Shown: piece after piece, positions 28,801-38,616 of the stretch
Numbering within the stretch: position 1 is the first letter of the stretch
How the letters are laid out: each line of letters begins with the position of its first letter
From: Aeromicrobium sp.
GTDB taxonomy: Bacteria; Actinomycetota; Actinomycetes; Propionibacteriales; Nocardioidaceae
Direction of reading: 5' to 3'
NCBI RefSeq assembly: GCF_036676885.1
Contig: NZ_JAKFCB010000376.1
Coordinates: 1 to 58,351 of the forward strand
Length of the DNA stretch: 58,351 bases
Program-made: the position numbers and the translations under genes
Notes under the pieces: generated by a model
What the model was told of the DNA's origin: nothing
Database searches by the model: none
Seen by the model: the letters and a program-made list of their open reading frames with translations, nothing else

Positions 28801-28847
28801 GGCCCCCGACGGAACTCGCAAGGGGAAGGCAAGCTCCGTCGGGGGTC
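28801..28847. other. Intergenic stem-loop
   Basis: GGCCCCCGACGGA...TCCGTCGGGGGTC inverted repeat with a 21-nt loop. Confidence 0.55.
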
Positions 28848-28997
28848 TCTCCTCTGTCGCCGTGGGTCTCCGGCGCCGAGAACCTGCAATTCGAGGGGTT
28901 GCGACGCGCCGAAGCGCTTTACGCTCAGCTGAGCGTGAAACGGCCCTCCCACGCGTACGCTGAACGTGACTAGCACCACATCGGCAAGGAGGCCGCA

Positions 28998-29156
28998 ATG
29001 TCGGAAACATGGAGTGGCGAGTTCTACTGCGTCAAGTGCAAGGAAAAGCGCGAGGCGTCTGGAGAGGTCCACGTCAGTGACAAGGGCACTCGTATGGCCA
29101 AGGGCATCTGCCCGGTCTGTGGCACCAAGCTGAACCGGATCCTCGGCAAGGCCTGA
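28998..29156 (+). CDS. Small CxxC..CxxC protein (52 aa, DUF5679-like)
   Basis: Below the ORF-track cutoff; AAGGAGG RBS; MSETWSGEFYCVKCKEKREASGEVHVSDKGTRMAKGICPVCGTKLNRILGKA. Confidence 0.88.
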   Translation: MSETWSGEFYCVKCKEKREASGEVHVSDKGTRMAKGICPVCGTKLNRILGKA

Positions 29157-29197
29157 GCCACTCGCGGGGATCCGGGCCCCGCACTTCCCCGAGTTTT

Positions 29198-29231
29198 GCG
29201 GAGGATCCGACACCGTCGGGTCCTCCGCTTT
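29198..29231 (+). terminator. Intrinsic terminator after the DUF5679-like gene
   Basis: GCGGAGGATCCGAC-ACC-GTCGGGTCCTCCGC followed by TTT. Confidence 0.7.
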
Positions 29232-29341
29232 GCTGAAGACCGAGGCCGCCCCAGGATCCGCCGAGCGCGGCGAAGCCGCCACCTGTCGAAACCCCGTGAG
29301 CCGACGACGCGACTGTGGATGACGCGTTCGTCACCTGCGCG

Positions 29342-30250
29342 ATGAGCGACAACCCTGACGACATGGCCTTCCGACCAGCGCTCCGACCCGGAGCACCGCT
29401 CCTCCGCCGGGATGCCACCCACCTGCAGGTCGGCACGTCCCCCGGCATCGTCATCGGTGACCGCCCGGGGCTGGTCGACCTGCTCCGTCTGCTCGACGGG
29501 GCACGTGACGTCGAACGGCTGGCCGCCATCGCCCGTACGGCGATCCCCGAGCTCACGGTGCCGGTCACCGACATCCTGGCCGAGCTGCGCTCCGCAGGCG
29601 TCGTGTTCGATGCCACCCGCTGGAGCAGCGCACGGCGACGAGGACTCGACGCCGAGGCCCGCCACGCCGACTTCGGCGGGGATGACCCGGCCCGGCTCCG
29701 CCACCGGCAGACGTACGGCGTCGCGCTTCACTCCGATGCCGGCGGCCGGCGGCTCACGGAGATCACCCAGTCGGTGCTCGCCGACGCCGGCGTCAACGAG
29801 TTCGCCGACGGCGATCCCGACCTGCTGGTCATCGCTTCGTCCGGCGAGCCCGCCCGCACGGTGTTCGAGGAGCCGATACGGCTCGGACTCGATCACCTCC
29901 CGGTCGTGATCGACGAGGACCGCATCCGGATCGGGCCGCTCGTACGACCCGGACGCACACCGTGCGTGTCGTGCCACGACCTGCACCGTGCCGACTGGGA
30001 CCGCGCCTGGCCGGCGCTCGTGCACCAGCTCGGTCGGCACACCGCGACCATGACGCCGGCGGCCGTGGACGCCGTCACGACCCACGCCGCCGCGCTCGAG
30101 CTCGCCGTGGAGGTGCTGGCCCACGCCGACGGCCGGACGAGCCGAACCCTCGGCCGCTGCCTGGTCGTCGGGCCGGCGCACGACGACCGGACGACCTGGC
30201 CGTTGGCGTTCCATCACGCCTGCACGTGCGACCTGCTCCGAGCCGCCTGA
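29342..30250 (+). CDS. TOMM leader-binding/ThiF-like protein (Rv3196-like)
   Basis: P.LRP...LL.R....LQVG, LL.LLDG, HL.V, IGPLVRPGRTPCVSC.DL.R.D.D..WP, C-terminal H..C.C. Confidence 0.75.
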   Translation: MSDNPDDMAFRPALRPGAPLLRRDATHLQVGTSPGIVIGDRPGLVDLLRLLDGARDVERLAAIARTAIPELTVPVTDILAELRSAGVVFDATRWSSARRRGLDAEARHADFGGDDPARLRHRQTYGVALHSDAGGRRLTEITQSVLADAGVNEFADGDPDLLVIASSGEPARTVFEEPIRLGLDHLPVVIDEDRIRIGPLVRPGRTPCVSCHDLHRADWDRAWPALVHQLGRHTATMTPAAVDAVTTHAAALELAVEVLAHADGRTSRTLGRCLVVGPAHDDRTTWPLAFHHACTCDLLRAA

Positions 30251-30277
30251 CCAGGCGCTCCGGACTATCCTGACCTG

Positions 30278-31663
30278 GTGCCCCAGACTCCCGACCGACC
30301 CGATGGGCCGGAGCAGGCCGGCCCGCCCGGCAAGGATGAGCCGAAGGGCCGACCACTGACCGGAAGCGCGTTCATGCGCACCGCTCGGCTCGCGTCGCTG
30401 CCGGTCGGGTTCGCCGGGCGTACGACGCTGGGCATCGGCAAGCGCATGGTCGGCGCACCCGCGAACGTCGTGCTCAGCGAGGTCCAGCGGCGCACCGCCG
30501 ACCAGATCTTCTCGGTCCTGGGCCAGCTCAAGGGCGGCGCGATGAAGTTCGGCCAGGCCATGAGCATCTTCGAGGCCGCGCTGCCCGAGGAGTTCATCGG
30601 GCCCTATCGCGAGACGCTCGTCAAGCTGCAGGACTCCGCGCCGCCGATGCCGCCGGGCACGGTCCACCGGGTCATGGCCGAGGAGTTCGGCGCCGACTGG
30701 CGGCAGCAGTTCACCTCGTTCGAGGACAAGCCGGCCGCCTCGGCGTCGATCGGCCAGGTGCACCGCGCGGTGTGGGCCGACGGCCAGGAGGTCGCGGTCA
30801 AGCTGCAGTACCCGGGCGCCGCCAAGGCGCTGACCGCGGACCTGAGGCAGATCGCCCGGCTGGCCCGGCTGTTCGGCACGCTCGCCCCCGCCCTCGACGT
30901 CAAGCCGCTGGTCCAGGAGCTCCAGGACCGCGTCGCCGAGGAGCTCGACTACAACCTCGAGGCCGGCGCACAGAGCGTGTTCGCTGCGGAGTTCGACGAC
31001 GATCCGGAGATCGTCGTGCCACAGGTGCTGGCATACACCGAGCACGCCCTCGTCTCGAGCTGGCTGGAGAGCGACCACTCGCTCGCCCAGGTCATCACGG
31101 AGGGCACGCAGGAGGAGCGCGACCGGTACGGGGAGGCGTACGTCAGGTTCCTGTTCGCCGGACCGACGCGGGCCGGGATGCTGCACGCCGACCCGCACCC
31201 CGGCAACTTCCGCATCATGCCCGACGGGCGGCTCGGCGTCGTCGACTACGGCGCCGTGGCGCGCCTCCCCGGAGGACTCCCCGAGCCGATGGGGCGCCTG
31301 CTGCGCTACGCGGTCGACGGCGAGTACGACCTGGTGCTCGAGGGCCTCCATGACGAGGGCTTCCTCAAGAAGACGACTGACCTGGACGCCGACACGATCG
31401 CTCACTACATCGGCCCGTTCGTCGAGCCGGCGAGCGTCGAACGATTCACGTTCAGCCGCGAGTGGATGCGAGCCCAGACTCTGCGGGTGAGCGCGCCGAC
31501 GTCCGAAGGCATGGGCACCGCGATGAAGATCAACCTGCCACCGCAGTACCTGCTGATCCACCGGGTGTGGATCGGCGGCATCGGCGTGCTCAGCCAGCTC
31601 GGCGCCACAGCGCCCTTCCGCTCGATCCTCGAAGAGTCGCTGCCCGGCTTCTCTGACGCCTAG
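30278..31663 (+). CDS. ABC1/AarF/UbiB-family atypical kinase (Rv3197-like)
   Basis: LKGGAMKFGQ, ASASIGQVH.A, VAVK.QYPG, EELDY, HADPHPGNF, DYG. Confidence 0.93.
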   Translation: MPQTPDRPDGPEQAGPPGKDEPKGRPLTGSAFMRTARLASLPVGFAGRTTLGIGKRMVGAPANVVLSEVQRRTADQIFSVLGQLKGGAMKFGQAMSIFEAALPEEFIGPYRETLVKLQDSAPPMPPGTVHRVMAEEFGADWRQQFTSFEDKPAASASIGQVHRAVWADGQEVAVKLQYPGAAKALTADLRQIARLARLFGTLAPALDVKPLVQELQDRVAEELDYNLEAGAQSVFAAEFDDDPEIVVPQVLAYTEHALVSSWLESDHSLAQVITEGTQEERDRYGEAYVRFLFAGPTRAGMLHADPHPGNFRIMPDGRLGVVDYGAVARLPGGLPEPMGRLLRYAVDGEYDLVLEGLHDEGFLKKTTDLDADTIAHYIGPFVEPASVERFTFSREWMRAQTLRVSAPTSEGMGTAMKINLPPQYLLIHRVWIGGIGVLSQLGATAPFRSILEESLPGFSDA

Positions 31664-31695
31664 GTGCCACCACCCCGCCGGTATGCTCGGCTGGG

Positions 31696-32115
31696 ATGGG
31701 AGCACAAAAGCGAGGGAAGCACGCCCGGCCGACGTCGATCTTCACGGACGGCGCGGGACGCGCGAGATCGTCCGTGAGCACGGTCTGGGCGATCCTGGTG
31801 ATCTCCGTCGGGGCGACAGCGTTCGGCCTCTCCACCCACGAGTCGCTGCCGGACCTGGGTCCGACTGACCCGACCTCGGGCAGTGCGGAGACGCAGACGC
31901 CGAACGAGTCGAGCGTCCCACCGCCGTCGGCCGCTGCGACCACCCCGTCGCCGACGCCGACAACGAGTGAGGACTCCGGCGCCGCCGAATCCAGCTCGAC
32001 ACCCGACGAGCCGACCACCCCGTCGCCCACCACCACGGCGACCGACGAGCCGGGCGGATCTCCGCCGCATACGCCCGGCACCCCGCCGACAGCGCCGCCG
32101 GGCAAGGCGAAGTAG
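31696..32115 (+). CDS. Hypothetical membrane-anchored Pro/Thr/Ser-rich protein
   Basis: One hydrophobic segment followed by a low-complexity tail; TATGCT hexamer just upstream. Confidence 0.6.
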   Translation: MGAQKRGKHARPTSIFTDGAGRARSSVSTVWAILVISVGATAFGLSTHESLPDLGPTDPTSGSAETQTPNESSVPPPSAAATTPSPTPTTSEDSGAAESSSTPDEPTTPSPTTTATDEPGGSPPHTPGTPPTAPPGKAK

Positions 32116-32132
32116 CCCGCCGACCTGATGGC

Positions 32133-34178
32133 CTAGCGCGACCTGATCAGCTCAAGCACCGAGTCGGCGTACTTCTCGAGCTTGGCCGGCCCGATGCCGG
32201 GCACCCGCGCGAGCGCGTCGGGGTCGGCGGGCTTGACCTCGGCGATCGACTGGAGCGTCGCGTCGGTGAAGATCACGTAGGCGGGCTTGCCCTGCTCGGT
32301 CGCCTGCTCGGTGCGCCAGGCGCGAAGCTGCTCGTAGAGCTCCTCGTCGTACGTCGCCGGGCAGTCCTCGCAGCGCCCCCGCTTGCGATCGGCGACCGCC
32401 AGCACCGTGTTGCAGACGCGGCACTTCGCGACCTTGCGCTCGCGGGGCTGACGCGCGGTCTGGCGCGCCTCGTGGTCGGCGGGCAGCAGCGGATCGAGGA
32501 ATCGGGTGGGCCTGCGGTTGCCGCGGCCGCCGCGGTTGCGGGTGACGGCCCACGAGATCATCAGGTCGTGCCGGGCCCGGGTCAGGCCGACGTAGAACAG
32601 CCGGCGCTCCTCCTCGACCGCCGCGGGGGTGTCGGCGTGGACGCTCGGCATCATGCCCTCGTGCATGCCGACGCAGAAGACGGCGTCCCACTCCAAGCCC
32701 TTGGCCGAGTGCAGCGTCGCCAGCGTCACGCCGTCGGCGGCCGGCGCGTGCGCCTGGTCGGCCCTCCGGTCGAGGTCGGCGACGAGGGCGGTGAGGTCGG
32801 CGGCGGGGTCGGAGTCGACCAGGTCAGCAGCCATCGAGACGATCGCATGCAGCGACTCCCAGCGGTCTCGCACGGCGCCGGCACCTGTGGGCGGCTCGTC
32901 GGTGTGGCCCATCGCGGCGAAGATCGCCCGCACCTCCTGGACCAGCTCACCGCCACCCTCGCCACCGCGCGCTGACCCGCGCAGCAGCGTGACCGCCTGG
33001 CGTACCTCGGCCCGGCGGAAGAACCCCTCGACCCCGCGCAGGACATAGGGGATGCCGTGCTCGCCGAGCGCTTCCTCGAACGCCTCGGACTGGGCGTTGA
33101 TGCGGAACAGGATCGCCATCTCCTTGTAGGAGACACCCCGGCGATGGAGCAGGGCGATCTCGCTCGCCACGGCGGCGGCCTCGGCCTGCTCGTCGGGGAA
33201 CCCGATGTAGGTCACGGGGTCGCCGGGCTCCTGCTGCGACTGCAGGCGTACGCCGTCGGTGCCGTTGGCGCGGCTGAACACGGCGTTGGCGGCCGCGACG
33301 ATCTGCGGCGTCGAGCGGTAGTTGCGGACCAGCTCGATGCGCTGGGCACCCTCGTGGCGTCGCGCGAACGACGTCAGGATCTCGGGCGATGCGCCGGCGA
33401 ACGAATAGATGGTCTGGCGTGGGTCGCCGACGACGCAGATGTCGTTGCGACCGCCGAGCCACAGCTCGAGCAGCGTCGACTGGAGCGGGTTGACGTCCTG
33501 GAACTCGTCGACCACGAACCAGCGGTATTGCTGGCGCACCTGGGCCGCGATGCGCTCGTCGTCGGCGAGGATCGCGGCGGTGATCAGGAGGATGTCCTCC
33601 ATGTCGATGCGACCACGATCGCGCTTGACGTCCTCGTAGGCCGTCATGATGTTGCCGATCGTGGAGTGGTCGAGATCGGCGACCTCGCGCCGTGCGGGGC
33701 CGGCCGCAGCGGCATAGGCGGCGGGACGGATGTTGGAGACCTTGGCCCACTCGATCTCGGACGACAGGTCGCGCAGCAGCGGGGTGTCGGTGCGGAGGCC
33801 GAGACGTCGGGCGGCCTCGGCGACGAGCGCGAACTTGGACGCCGTGACCTCGGGGAACTCACCGCCGTAGACCTGGGGCCAGAAATAGCGGGCCTGCCGC
33901 AGCGCCGCGGAGTGGAACGTGCGGGCCTGGACCCCGTCGGCGCCGAGCTGGCGGAGCCGGGTGCGCATCTCGCCGGCGGCGCGGGTCGTGAAGGTCACCG
34001 CGAGGACCTCGGTCGGCTTGTAGACGCCGGTCGCCACGCCGTACGCCATGCGGTGCGTGATGGCGCGGGTCTTGCCGGTGCCGGCACCTGCGACGACGCT
34101 GACCGGACCACGCAGCGCCTGTGCGACCTCACGCTGCTCAGGATCGAGCCCCGTCAGCAGGTCGTCGGCGTCGGGCAC
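32133..34178 (-). CDS. uvrD2: ATP-dependent DNA helicase UvrD2 with tetracysteine and HRDC domains
   Basis: AGAGTGKT, VDEFQD, GDPRQTIYSFAGA, NYRST, HSAKGLEW, CRVC..CEDC, PAYVIFTD.TL; GAGGAG before GTG at 34178. Confidence 0.93.
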   Translation of the reverse strand: MPDADDLLTGLDPEQREVAQALRGPVSVVAGAGTGKTRAITHRMAYGVATGVYKPTEVLAVTFTTRAAGEMRTRLRQLGADGVQARTFHSAALRQARYFWPQVYGGEFPEVTASKFALVAEAARRLGLRTDTPLLRDLSSEIEWAKVSNIRPAAYAAAAGPARREVADLDHSTIGNIMTAYEDVKRDRGRIDMEDILLITAAILADDERIAAQVRQQYRWFVVDEFQDVNPLQSTLLELWLGGRNDICVVGDPRQTIYSFAGASPEILTSFARRHEGAQRIELVRNYRSTPQIVAAANAVFSRANGTDGVRLQSQQEPGDPVTYIGFPDEQAEAAAVASEIALLHRRGVSYKEMAILFRINAQSEAFEEALGEHGIPYVLRGVEGFFRRAEVRQAVTLLRGSARGGEGGGELVQEVRAIFAAMGHTDEPPTGAGAVRDRWESLHAIVSMAADLVDSDPAADLTALVADLDRRADQAHAPAADGVTLATLHSAKGLEWDAVFCVGMHEGMMPSVHADTPAAVEEERRLFYVGLTRARHDLMISWAVTRNRGGRGNRRPTRFLDPLLPADHEARQTARQPRERKVAKCRVCNTVLAVADRKRGRCEDCPATYDEELYEQLRAWRTEQATEQGKPAYVIFTDATLQSIAEVKPADPDALARVPGIGPAKLEKYADSVLELIRSR

Positions 34179-34262
34179 AGGGGGCTCCTCGGAGTGGTCG
34201 CGGAATGGGTGAAACGGTGTCGTTGTTGAGATGATCAGACTAGTCGTCGAAGGAGACACTCC

Positions 34263-34505
34263 ATGTCGGGCACGTTCACGATGTACTCCACCCCGTGGTG
34301 CGGGTACTGCCACCGCCTCAAGGGCCAGCTCAAGCGCGAGGGCATCGACTTCCACGAGGTCGACATCGAGCAGCAGCCCGAGGCGGCGTTCATCGTCGAG
34401 CAGGCCAACAACGGCAACCAGACCGTCCCGACGTTGGTGTTCCACGACGGCACCGCGCTGACCAACCCCTCGGTGGCCCAGGTCAAGGCGCAGCTCGCCT
34501 CGTAA
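34263..34505 (+). CDS. mrx1: Mycoredoxin
   Basis: WCGYC.RLK, NGNQTVPT, TNPS; AAGGAG RBS; divergent from uvrD2. Confidence 0.9.
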   Translation: MSGTFTMYSTPWCGYCHRLKGQLKREGIDFHEVDIEQQPEAAFIVEQANNGNQTVPTLVFHDGTALTNPSVAQVKAQLAS

Positions 34506-34509
34506 CCCT

Positions 34510-34628
34510 CGCTGAGGAGAGGGTTTCCGATGCCCGAGGAGAGGGTTTCGGATGCCGGCAGGCGCGGCAACCCTCTCGTCAGCGGACAGGAACCCTCTCG
34601 TCAGCGGACGGGAACCCTCTCGTCAGCG
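34510..34628. repeat. REP-like array of 22-bp units, two forward and three inverted
   Basis: GAGGAGAGGGTTTC at 34514 and 34536; AACCCTCTCGTCAGCG at 34569, 34591 and 34613. Confidence 0.85.
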
Positions 34629-35489
34629 TCAGGCCCAGGTGCCGTGGATGGTTCCGCCGTGCCACTTCTGGAGGAGCCAGCGGGAGATCGACACGTTGGG
34701 CGGCAGCAGCAGGTCGCTTGAGGCCGTCATCTCGGTGACCTCCGCGCGGGTGAACCAGCGCGCCTCGGCGATCTCGTTCTGGTCGACCGTGATGTCCGAC
34801 GTCAGCGCCTGTCCGAAGAACCCGAGCATCAGGCTCGACGGGAACGGCCACGGCTGGCTGCCGGCGTACGCCACCTCACCGACCTGGATGCCGACCTCCT
34901 CCATGACCTCACGGCGTACGGCGTCGTCCAACGACTCCCCCGGCTCGACGAACCCGGCGAGCGTCGAGAAGCGGCCCTCGGGCCATATGGGCTGACGGCC
35001 CAGCAGCGCGCGGTCATCGCCGTCGGTGATCAGCATGATGACGGCGGGGTCCGTACGCGGGAAGTGGTGCGTGCCGCAGGCCGGGCAGATGCGAACGTGG
35101 CCGGCCTCGGCGATGTCGCTCGGCTGGCCGCAGTTGGCGCAGTACTTGTGGTGCTGGTGCCAGCGAGCGATGCCCACCGCGTGCACCCCGAGCGACGCCT
35201 CGTCGGGCGCGATCGTCGGGCCCAGGACGCGCAGGCTGACCGGCTCGAGCTCCTGCGGCACGCGGTCGACCATGACGGCGGCGTAGCGGATGTCGTCCTT
35301 GATGCCGAGGAAGATCCACTCGCCCTCGGGCGCCTCGTCGAGCCCAACCCAGCGGATGCCGGCACCGCCGACTGTCGCGACGTGCTCGCCACCGATGACG
35401 AGCACACGCACGTCGGGCGTCCGCCACGTGTCGTCCTTGCGGAGATGGGCGGCACGGTCGTGCTGGGTGCGGTCGAAGGCGTAGTCCAC
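34629..35489 (-). CDS. nudC: NAD(+) diphosphatase
   Basis: CxxCG..CxxC, FPRTDPAVIM, LAGFVEPGES, REVMEEVG, SQPWPFP.SLM. Confidence 0.95.
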   Translation of the reverse strand: MDYAFDRTQHDRAAHLRKDDTWRTPDVRVLVIGGEHVATVGGAGIRWVGLDEAPEGEWIFLGIKDDIRYAAVMVDRVPQELEPVSLRVLGPTIAPDEASLGVHAVGIARWHQHHKYCANCGQPSDIAEAGHVRICPACGTHHFPRTDPAVIMLITDGDDRALLGRQPIWPEGRFSTLAGFVEPGESLDDAVRREVMEEVGIQVGEVAYAGSQPWPFPSSLMLGFFGQALTSDITVDQNEIAEARWFTRAEVTEMTASSDLLLPPNVSISRWLLQKWHGGTIHGTWA

Positions 35490-35493
35490 GTCC

Positions 35494-38400
35494 CTACGCT
35501 AGTCCGAGTCTCTGCTCGAGCTCAGCGCGACCGGGCAGATCGGCGAACCGCTTCACCTCACCGAGGCGTACGTAGTAGAACGCGCCGGTGACCGTCGCGG
35601 GGTCGATGCCGCGCAGCTCCGCCCAGGCCAGCCGGTAGATCGCGAGCTGCAGCTCGTCGGCGGTGGCCTGCTTGTTGGTCTTCCAGTCGACCACCTCGAA
35701 GCCGTCGGGCGTCTGGAACACCGCATCGATGCGGCCCACGAACTGCTGACCGCCGAGCACGAGCGAGAACGGCGCCTCGATCTGCGCCGGCGTCAGGTCG
35801 GCGTAGGGGCTGCGGCGGAACGACTCCTTGATCTGCTCCAGCTCCTCGTCGGACTCCAGGTCGACGTCGCCGCGTCCGGGCAGCTCCGTGGGATCGAGCA
35901 GGGTCTGCTGGCCGTAGTGGGCCTCGACCCAGGCATGGAAGCGGGTGCCGAACCGCGCGGCGCCGGACGGACGCCGCGGCAAGGGACGGGCGAGATCCTG
36001 GGCGAACTGGGCAGGATCCTTTTCCAGCGCCATCGCCGCGGTCGCCGACATCGTGGGTGGCCACGGCACTGTCTGCACCGGTGAGTCGTCGGCTGCCGCC
36101 TCCGCGACCAGCAGCTCGATGTCGTGCTCGAGCTCGTCGAGCCGCCGCAGGTCCGCAGCCTCGGGATCGGCCGGTTCCGGTATGTCGAGCGTGCCGGCGA
36201 GTGCGGACCGTACGTCATCCGCGAGGGCGCGCCGACCGGCGAGGACCGGCAGCCCGGCCGGCCAGGGAATGCCGTCCGCGACCAGGAGGTGCGGGTTGGT
36301 CTCGTCGTCGGCGGGCTCGTCCGCCCACACCGAGGGCTTGACCCCCTGCGCCTCGAGGAAGTCACGCGTCTCGGTGAGGAACGTCGACGGCCCGAGCGGC
36401 TTCTGCTGCGTGCGACCCCACCAGTGGCCGCTGACGACCAGCCTCCGGGCGGCGCGCGTGTAGGCGACGTAGGCCAACCGCCGTTCCTCCATCAGGGCGT
36501 CGGCGCGTTCGGCCGCCATGAACTCCTTGTTGGCGGCGGGTGTCCAGTCGTCGATGTCGGGCAGGCTGGCCGCATCGCCGCGCAGCGAAACCGGCAGCGT
36601 CTGGGCGCTGGTGGTCCAGCGGCCGCGGCCGCGCGACGACGGGAAGATCGTGCTGGAGACGAGCGGGACGAACACGGTCGGCCATTCGAGGCCCTTGGAC
36701 TTGTGGATCGTGAGCAGCTTGACCGACTCGGCCTCGGACGGGGTCGAGACCTCCATGCCGTCGTTGTAGAACTCCTCGGCAGCGAGATAGGCGACCAGGC
36801 CGGACAGCGAGGCGTAGCGGTCGGTGCCGGCGTATGACGCCACGGCCTCGAGCAGCAGCGCGACGTTGTCGGCGCCGCCGGAGACGTCGCCGGCCTCGAG
36901 CTCGATGTCGAGGTCGAGCGCGCGCACGGCGCGGCGAGCCAGGTCGAGGAGCGGGTCGCTGACGTGCGCGCGTACGGACTTGACGACCTGCGCGATCTCG
37001 GCGAACCGGGCGCGCGCCTCGGCGGAGTAGGGCAGCTCACCGGGGTCGTCGACGGCGTCGGCGAGGGAGACGATCTCGGTCGGGTCGGTGCCTTCGACCG
37101 CCCGGGCGAGCTCGTCCTCGAGCGTGGGGTCGTCACTGCTGCGGGACACGCGTCCGCTGAGCGCTGACGCCCGCCGGCCGAGCAGGGCGAGGTCGCGGGG
37201 GCCGATCCGCCACCGCGACCCCGTGAGGAGGCGAAGCATCGCGGGGTTTGCCGTGACGTCCTCGACGACCTCGAGCAGCGAGAGGACGTCGAGAACCTCT
37301 GGCTGCGAGAGGAGGCCCGCGAGCCCGACGATCTCGAACGGGATGTGCGCCTCGCGGAGCGCCTGCACGATCGCGCCGTTCTCGCGGCCGACCCGTACGA
37401 GGATCGCGATGTCCCGCAGACGCCCCGGGGTGTTGCGGATCGCCTCGACGAGCGCGCGGACCTCGTCGTCGACGGTCGCGTGCAGCGAGACGTCGACCGT
37501 GCCGCGGGCGTCGACCGCCGACTCGAGCGGCTTGACCGACGAGGACGTGGCGTAGAACGGGGCGGCGAGATGGTTGGCCACGGCGATGATCTCGGGCGCA
37601 CACCGGCGGGTCTCGACGAGCGAGAACAGGCGCCCGCGCCCACCGTCGGTGGCCGGGAAGTCGTCGAGGAATCCCTCGAGGTTGCCGGTGGCCGCGCCGC
37701 GCCACCCGTAGATGCCCTGCGCCGGGTCGCCCACGGCGGTGACCGGGTGGCCGCGGCCACTCGCCGGCTCGTCGCCGGAGAACAGCGCCTGGAGCAGGTC
37801 GCGCTGCGCCACCGAGGTGTCCTGGTACTCATCCAGCAGGACGACATCGAAACGGTCACGCAGGGCTTCCCCGACCGGGTGCAGGTCGGCGAGCCGGGCA
37901 CCCCAGGCCATCTGGTCCGAGAAGTCCATGACCCCGTCGTCGGCCTTGGCCTGCTGGTAGCGGTCGACCAGATGGCTCAGCTCGATGCGTCGCAGGGCGG
38001 CCGACGCGGCGTCGCGCAGCACGGCAGGCGGCTTGTCAGTGGTCTCGTAGGCGTGGATGATGTCGCGGTCGTGCTCACGCAGCTCCTCGGTGCTCACGAG
38101 GTGCTCGGAGAGCTGCCCGTCGAGCGTCATGACCTGCCCGACGAGCGAAGGGACGTACGTCGTGATGGCCCCGAGCGAGCCGTCGAACGACTCGATCGAC
38201 CGGGCCATGCGCTGGAACCGCGAGGCGTCGGAGACGATGCGCAGGTCGGGCTCCACACCGAGCCGCAGGCCGTGCTCGGCGATCAAGGAGCCGGCGAACG
38301 CGTGATAGGTCGCGGTGGTCGGCTCGCCATCGAGCTCGACGCCAAGACGCTCGAGACTCGCCCGGATGCGCTGCCCCAGCTCGGCCGCCGCCTTGGTCGT

Positions 38401-38616
38401 GAACGTCAGTCCGAGCACGCGCTCGGGTGGCACGCCGAGGTGCCCGACGAGCCACACGACCCGGGCGGCCATGACAGTCGTCTTGCCGGATCCGGCTCCC
38501 GCGATGATGGCGCTGGGGCGGTCCGGGCCGGCCGTGATGGCGTCCATCTGCGGCTGGGTGAACGGGATGCCGAGGATGTCCCGCAGATGGTCCTCGTCCC
38601 TGACCAGGGTGCTCAT
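35494..38616 (-). CDS. adnB: AdnB helicase-nuclease subunit
   Basis: AGAGSGKT, LDEYQDT, GDP.Q.IYGWRGA, HKSKGLEW, GT.FH.W, GRIDAVF..DWKT, QLAIYR.AW; ATG overlaps adnA stop. Confidence 0.9.
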   Translation of the reverse strand: MSTLVRDEDHLRDILGIPFTQPQMDAITAGPDRPSAIIAGAGSGKTTVMAARVVWLVGHLGVPPERVLGLTFTTKAAAELGQRIRASLERLGVELDGEPTTATYHAFAGSLIAEHGLRLGVEPDLRIVSDASRFQRMARSIESFDGSLGAITTYVPSLVGQVMTLDGQLSEHLVSTEELREHDRDIIHAYETTDKPPAVLRDAASAALRRIELSHLVDRYQQAKADDGVMDFSDQMAWGARLADLHPVGEALRDRFDVVLLDEYQDTSVAQRDLLQALFSGDEPASGRGHPVTAVGDPAQGIYGWRGAATGNLEGFLDDFPATDGGRGRLFSLVETRRCAPEIIAVANHLAAPFYATSSSVKPLESAVDARGTVDVSLHATVDDEVRALVEAIRNTPGRLRDIAILVRVGRENGAIVQALREAHIPFEIVGLAGLLSQPEVLDVLSLLEVVEDVTANPAMLRLLTGSRWRIGPRDLALLGRRASALSGRVSRSSDDPTLEDELARAVEGTDPTEIVSLADAVDDPGELPYSAEARARFAEIAQVVKSVRAHVSDPLLDLARRAVRALDLDIELEAGDVSGGADNVALLLEAVASYAGTDRYASLSGLVAYLAAEEFYNDGMEVSTPSEAESVKLLTIHKSKGLEWPTVFVPLVSSTIFPSSRGRGRWTTSAQTLPVSLRGDAASLPDIDDWTPAANKEFMAAERADALMEERRLAYVAYTRAARRLVVSGHWWGRTQQKPLGPSTFLTETRDFLEAQGVKPSVWADEPADDETNPHLLVADGIPWPAGLPVLAGRRALADDVRSALAGTLDIPEPADPEAADLRRLDELEHDIELLVAEAAADDSPVQTVPWPPTMSATAAMALEKDPAQFAQDLARPLPRRPSGAARFGTRFHAWVEAHYGQQTLLDPTELPGRGDVDLESDEELEQIKESFRRSPYADLTPAQIEAPFSLVLGGQQFVGRIDAVFQTPDGFEVVDWKTNKQATADELQLAIYRLAWAELRGIDPATVTGAFYYVRLGEVKRFADLPGRAELEQRLGLA

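Noticed and set aside
28560-28980. Chromosomal oriC
   Set aside because: No dnaA/dnaN context and no obvious AT-rich unwinding element
34510-34628. CRISPR array
   Set aside because: 22-bp period with no unique spacers, mixed orientation and no cas genes in the window
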